DNA of 64,000 nt, from contig CACBOA010000004.1 in NCBI GenBank assembly GCA_902540785.1, positions 3,082 to 67,081 of the forward strand, in the 5' to 3' direction. Each line of letters begins with the position of its first letter. Within the stretch, counting starts at the first letter, position 1. The translations under genes and the position numbers were made by a program. The stretch comes from an uncultured Pelagibacteraceae bacterium (GTDB taxonomy: Bacteria > Pseudomonadota > Alphaproteobacteria > Pelagibacterales > Pelagibacteraceae). The notes below the pieces were generated by a model that saw only the letters and a list, made by a program, of their open reading frames with translations, made no database searches and was not told the DNA's origin. Shown in pieces: positions 63,013-64,000 of this stretch.

Positions 63013-63795
63013 ATGAAAAAAATTTTGATAGTTGAGGGAAATTTAGAGGAAGAAAATAATACTTTTACTAAGGCTGGAATCCAAACTCACACCCAAAGTT
63101 TAAAAGAAAGTTTAGATTATTTATCGAAAGAGATAATGCTAGATATAGTTAATCCATCGTCAGATAAAAATGTTGATAGTTTCAACGATAAGTTGCACAT
63201 TTACGATGGTTTAATCTGGGGAGGAAGCAGTTTGAATATTTATAACGATACTCCAGAAATAAAAAGACAAATTGAATTTATGAAAAATTGTCAAAAAAAG
63301 GTTAAAAATATTCTAGGGATTTGCTGGGGCATGCAAGTAGCTGTGACTGCTGCTGGTGGCCAAGTTAAAAAAGCAAATGTATCTCATGTTGGGATCGCAA
63401 AAGAAATTGAGTTAAATGAAGAGGGCCTAAAGCATCCACTTTACAAAGATAAAGAAAAAAAATTTAATTCTGCAGCTTTTAATTATGATGAAGTAGTAAA
63501 AATTCCTGAAAACGGTATTTGTCTAGCGTCTAATAAAGTTAATAAAGTCCAAGGTTTATATTTTGAGGTAAATAAAACTAGAGTATGGGGTCTGCAATAC
63601 CATCCTGAAATAACTTATGAAAAAATGATAAGTCTAATTAATTTTAGAAGAAAAAGATTAATCGAAGATAGAAAAGTATTCGAAAATGAGAATGATCTCG
63701 AAAAGCATATCTCTTTTATCGAGAAAGAAATTCAGGTTACTGTTAAAGAAAAAAAAATGTTAGAGCTTAAAAATTGGCTTAAAGAGTTAAATTAA
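63013..63795 (+). CDS. Class I glutamine amidotransferase-like protein
   Basis: GICWGMQ nucleophile elbow and QYHPE His-Glu pair; stand-alone. Confidence 0.88.
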   Translation: MKKILIVEGNLEEENNTFTKAGIQTHTQSLKESLDYLSKEIMLDIVNPSSDKNVDSFNDKLHIYDGLIWGGSSLNIYNDTPEIKRQIEFMKNCQKKVKNILGICWGMQVAVTAAGGQVKKANVSHVGIAKEIELNEEGLKHPLYKDKEKKFNSAAFNYDEVVKIPENGICLASNKVNKVQGLYFEVNKTRVWGLQYHPEITYEKMISLINFRRKRLIEDRKVFENENDLEKHISFIEKEIQVTVKEKKMLELKNWLKELN

Positions 63796-64000
63796 AATAA
63801 TCCCTCAATTTGGCCTTTTTGATTTAACTTTATATTATCAGCTGCTGGCACTCTTGGTAATCCTGGCATTGTCATTATGGAACCACAAACAACCACCACA
63901 AATTCTGCTCCTGATGATAATCTCACTTCTCTTATTGGTATTTCGTGATTTGATGGAGCACCCTTAAGTTTTGGATCTGTTGAAAAACTAAACTGAGTTT
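63792..64000 (-). CDS. fhs: Formate-tetrahydrofolate ligase, C-terminal part (not in ORF track; start outside window)
   Basis: Manual translation [15 protein letters not shown]...[24 protein letters not shown]...IEGLF* matches the FTHFS C-terminus. Confidence 0.93.
   Translation of the reverse strand, partial: TQFSFSTDPKLKGAPSNHEIPIREVRLSSGAEFVVVVCGSIMTMPGLPRVPAADNIKLNQKGQIEGLF

Overview
Very AT-rich, gene-dense alphaproteobacterial chromosome segment with tiny or overlapping intergenic spaces. Gene content and streamlining point to SAR11/Pelagibacterales, which is an inference. Left to right: hflC(partial)-DUF2065-htrA-miaA; ilvB-ilvN-ilvC-leuA running straight into mreB-mreC-mreD-mrdA-rodA; a dadA/EamA/2-hydroxyacid dehydrogenase/deacetylase/msrB block; grxC-DUF2805; rhtB; a large solute uptake and catabolism region (two HAAT/Liv-type ABC systems, azlCD, glutarate hydroxylase csiD, proC-like reductase, eutA-like and ectoine hydrolase doeA-like genes, a Pot-type ABC system, fadB-like, speB, aldehyde dehydrogenase, argE); acnA, YfgM/BamB-like, a cupin, zapE, yjbQ, photolyase, diaminopropionate ammonia-lyase, gpsA-like; a third HAAT system, a class I glutamine amidotransferase and the 3' end of fhs. 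I saw no rRNA, tRNA, CRISPR array, integrase or transposase. The most novel signals lie outside the ORF track: two unannotated single-helix microproteins (23 and 27 aa), each directly after the livM permease of a different ABC system; a promoter-hairpin-U-tract leader before rhtB; hairpins after all four solute-binding-protein genes; several probable leaderless promoters; and an MreC with an extra C-terminal coiled coil and Cys-pair module. All functional calls come from recognising motifs by eye; no database searches were run.
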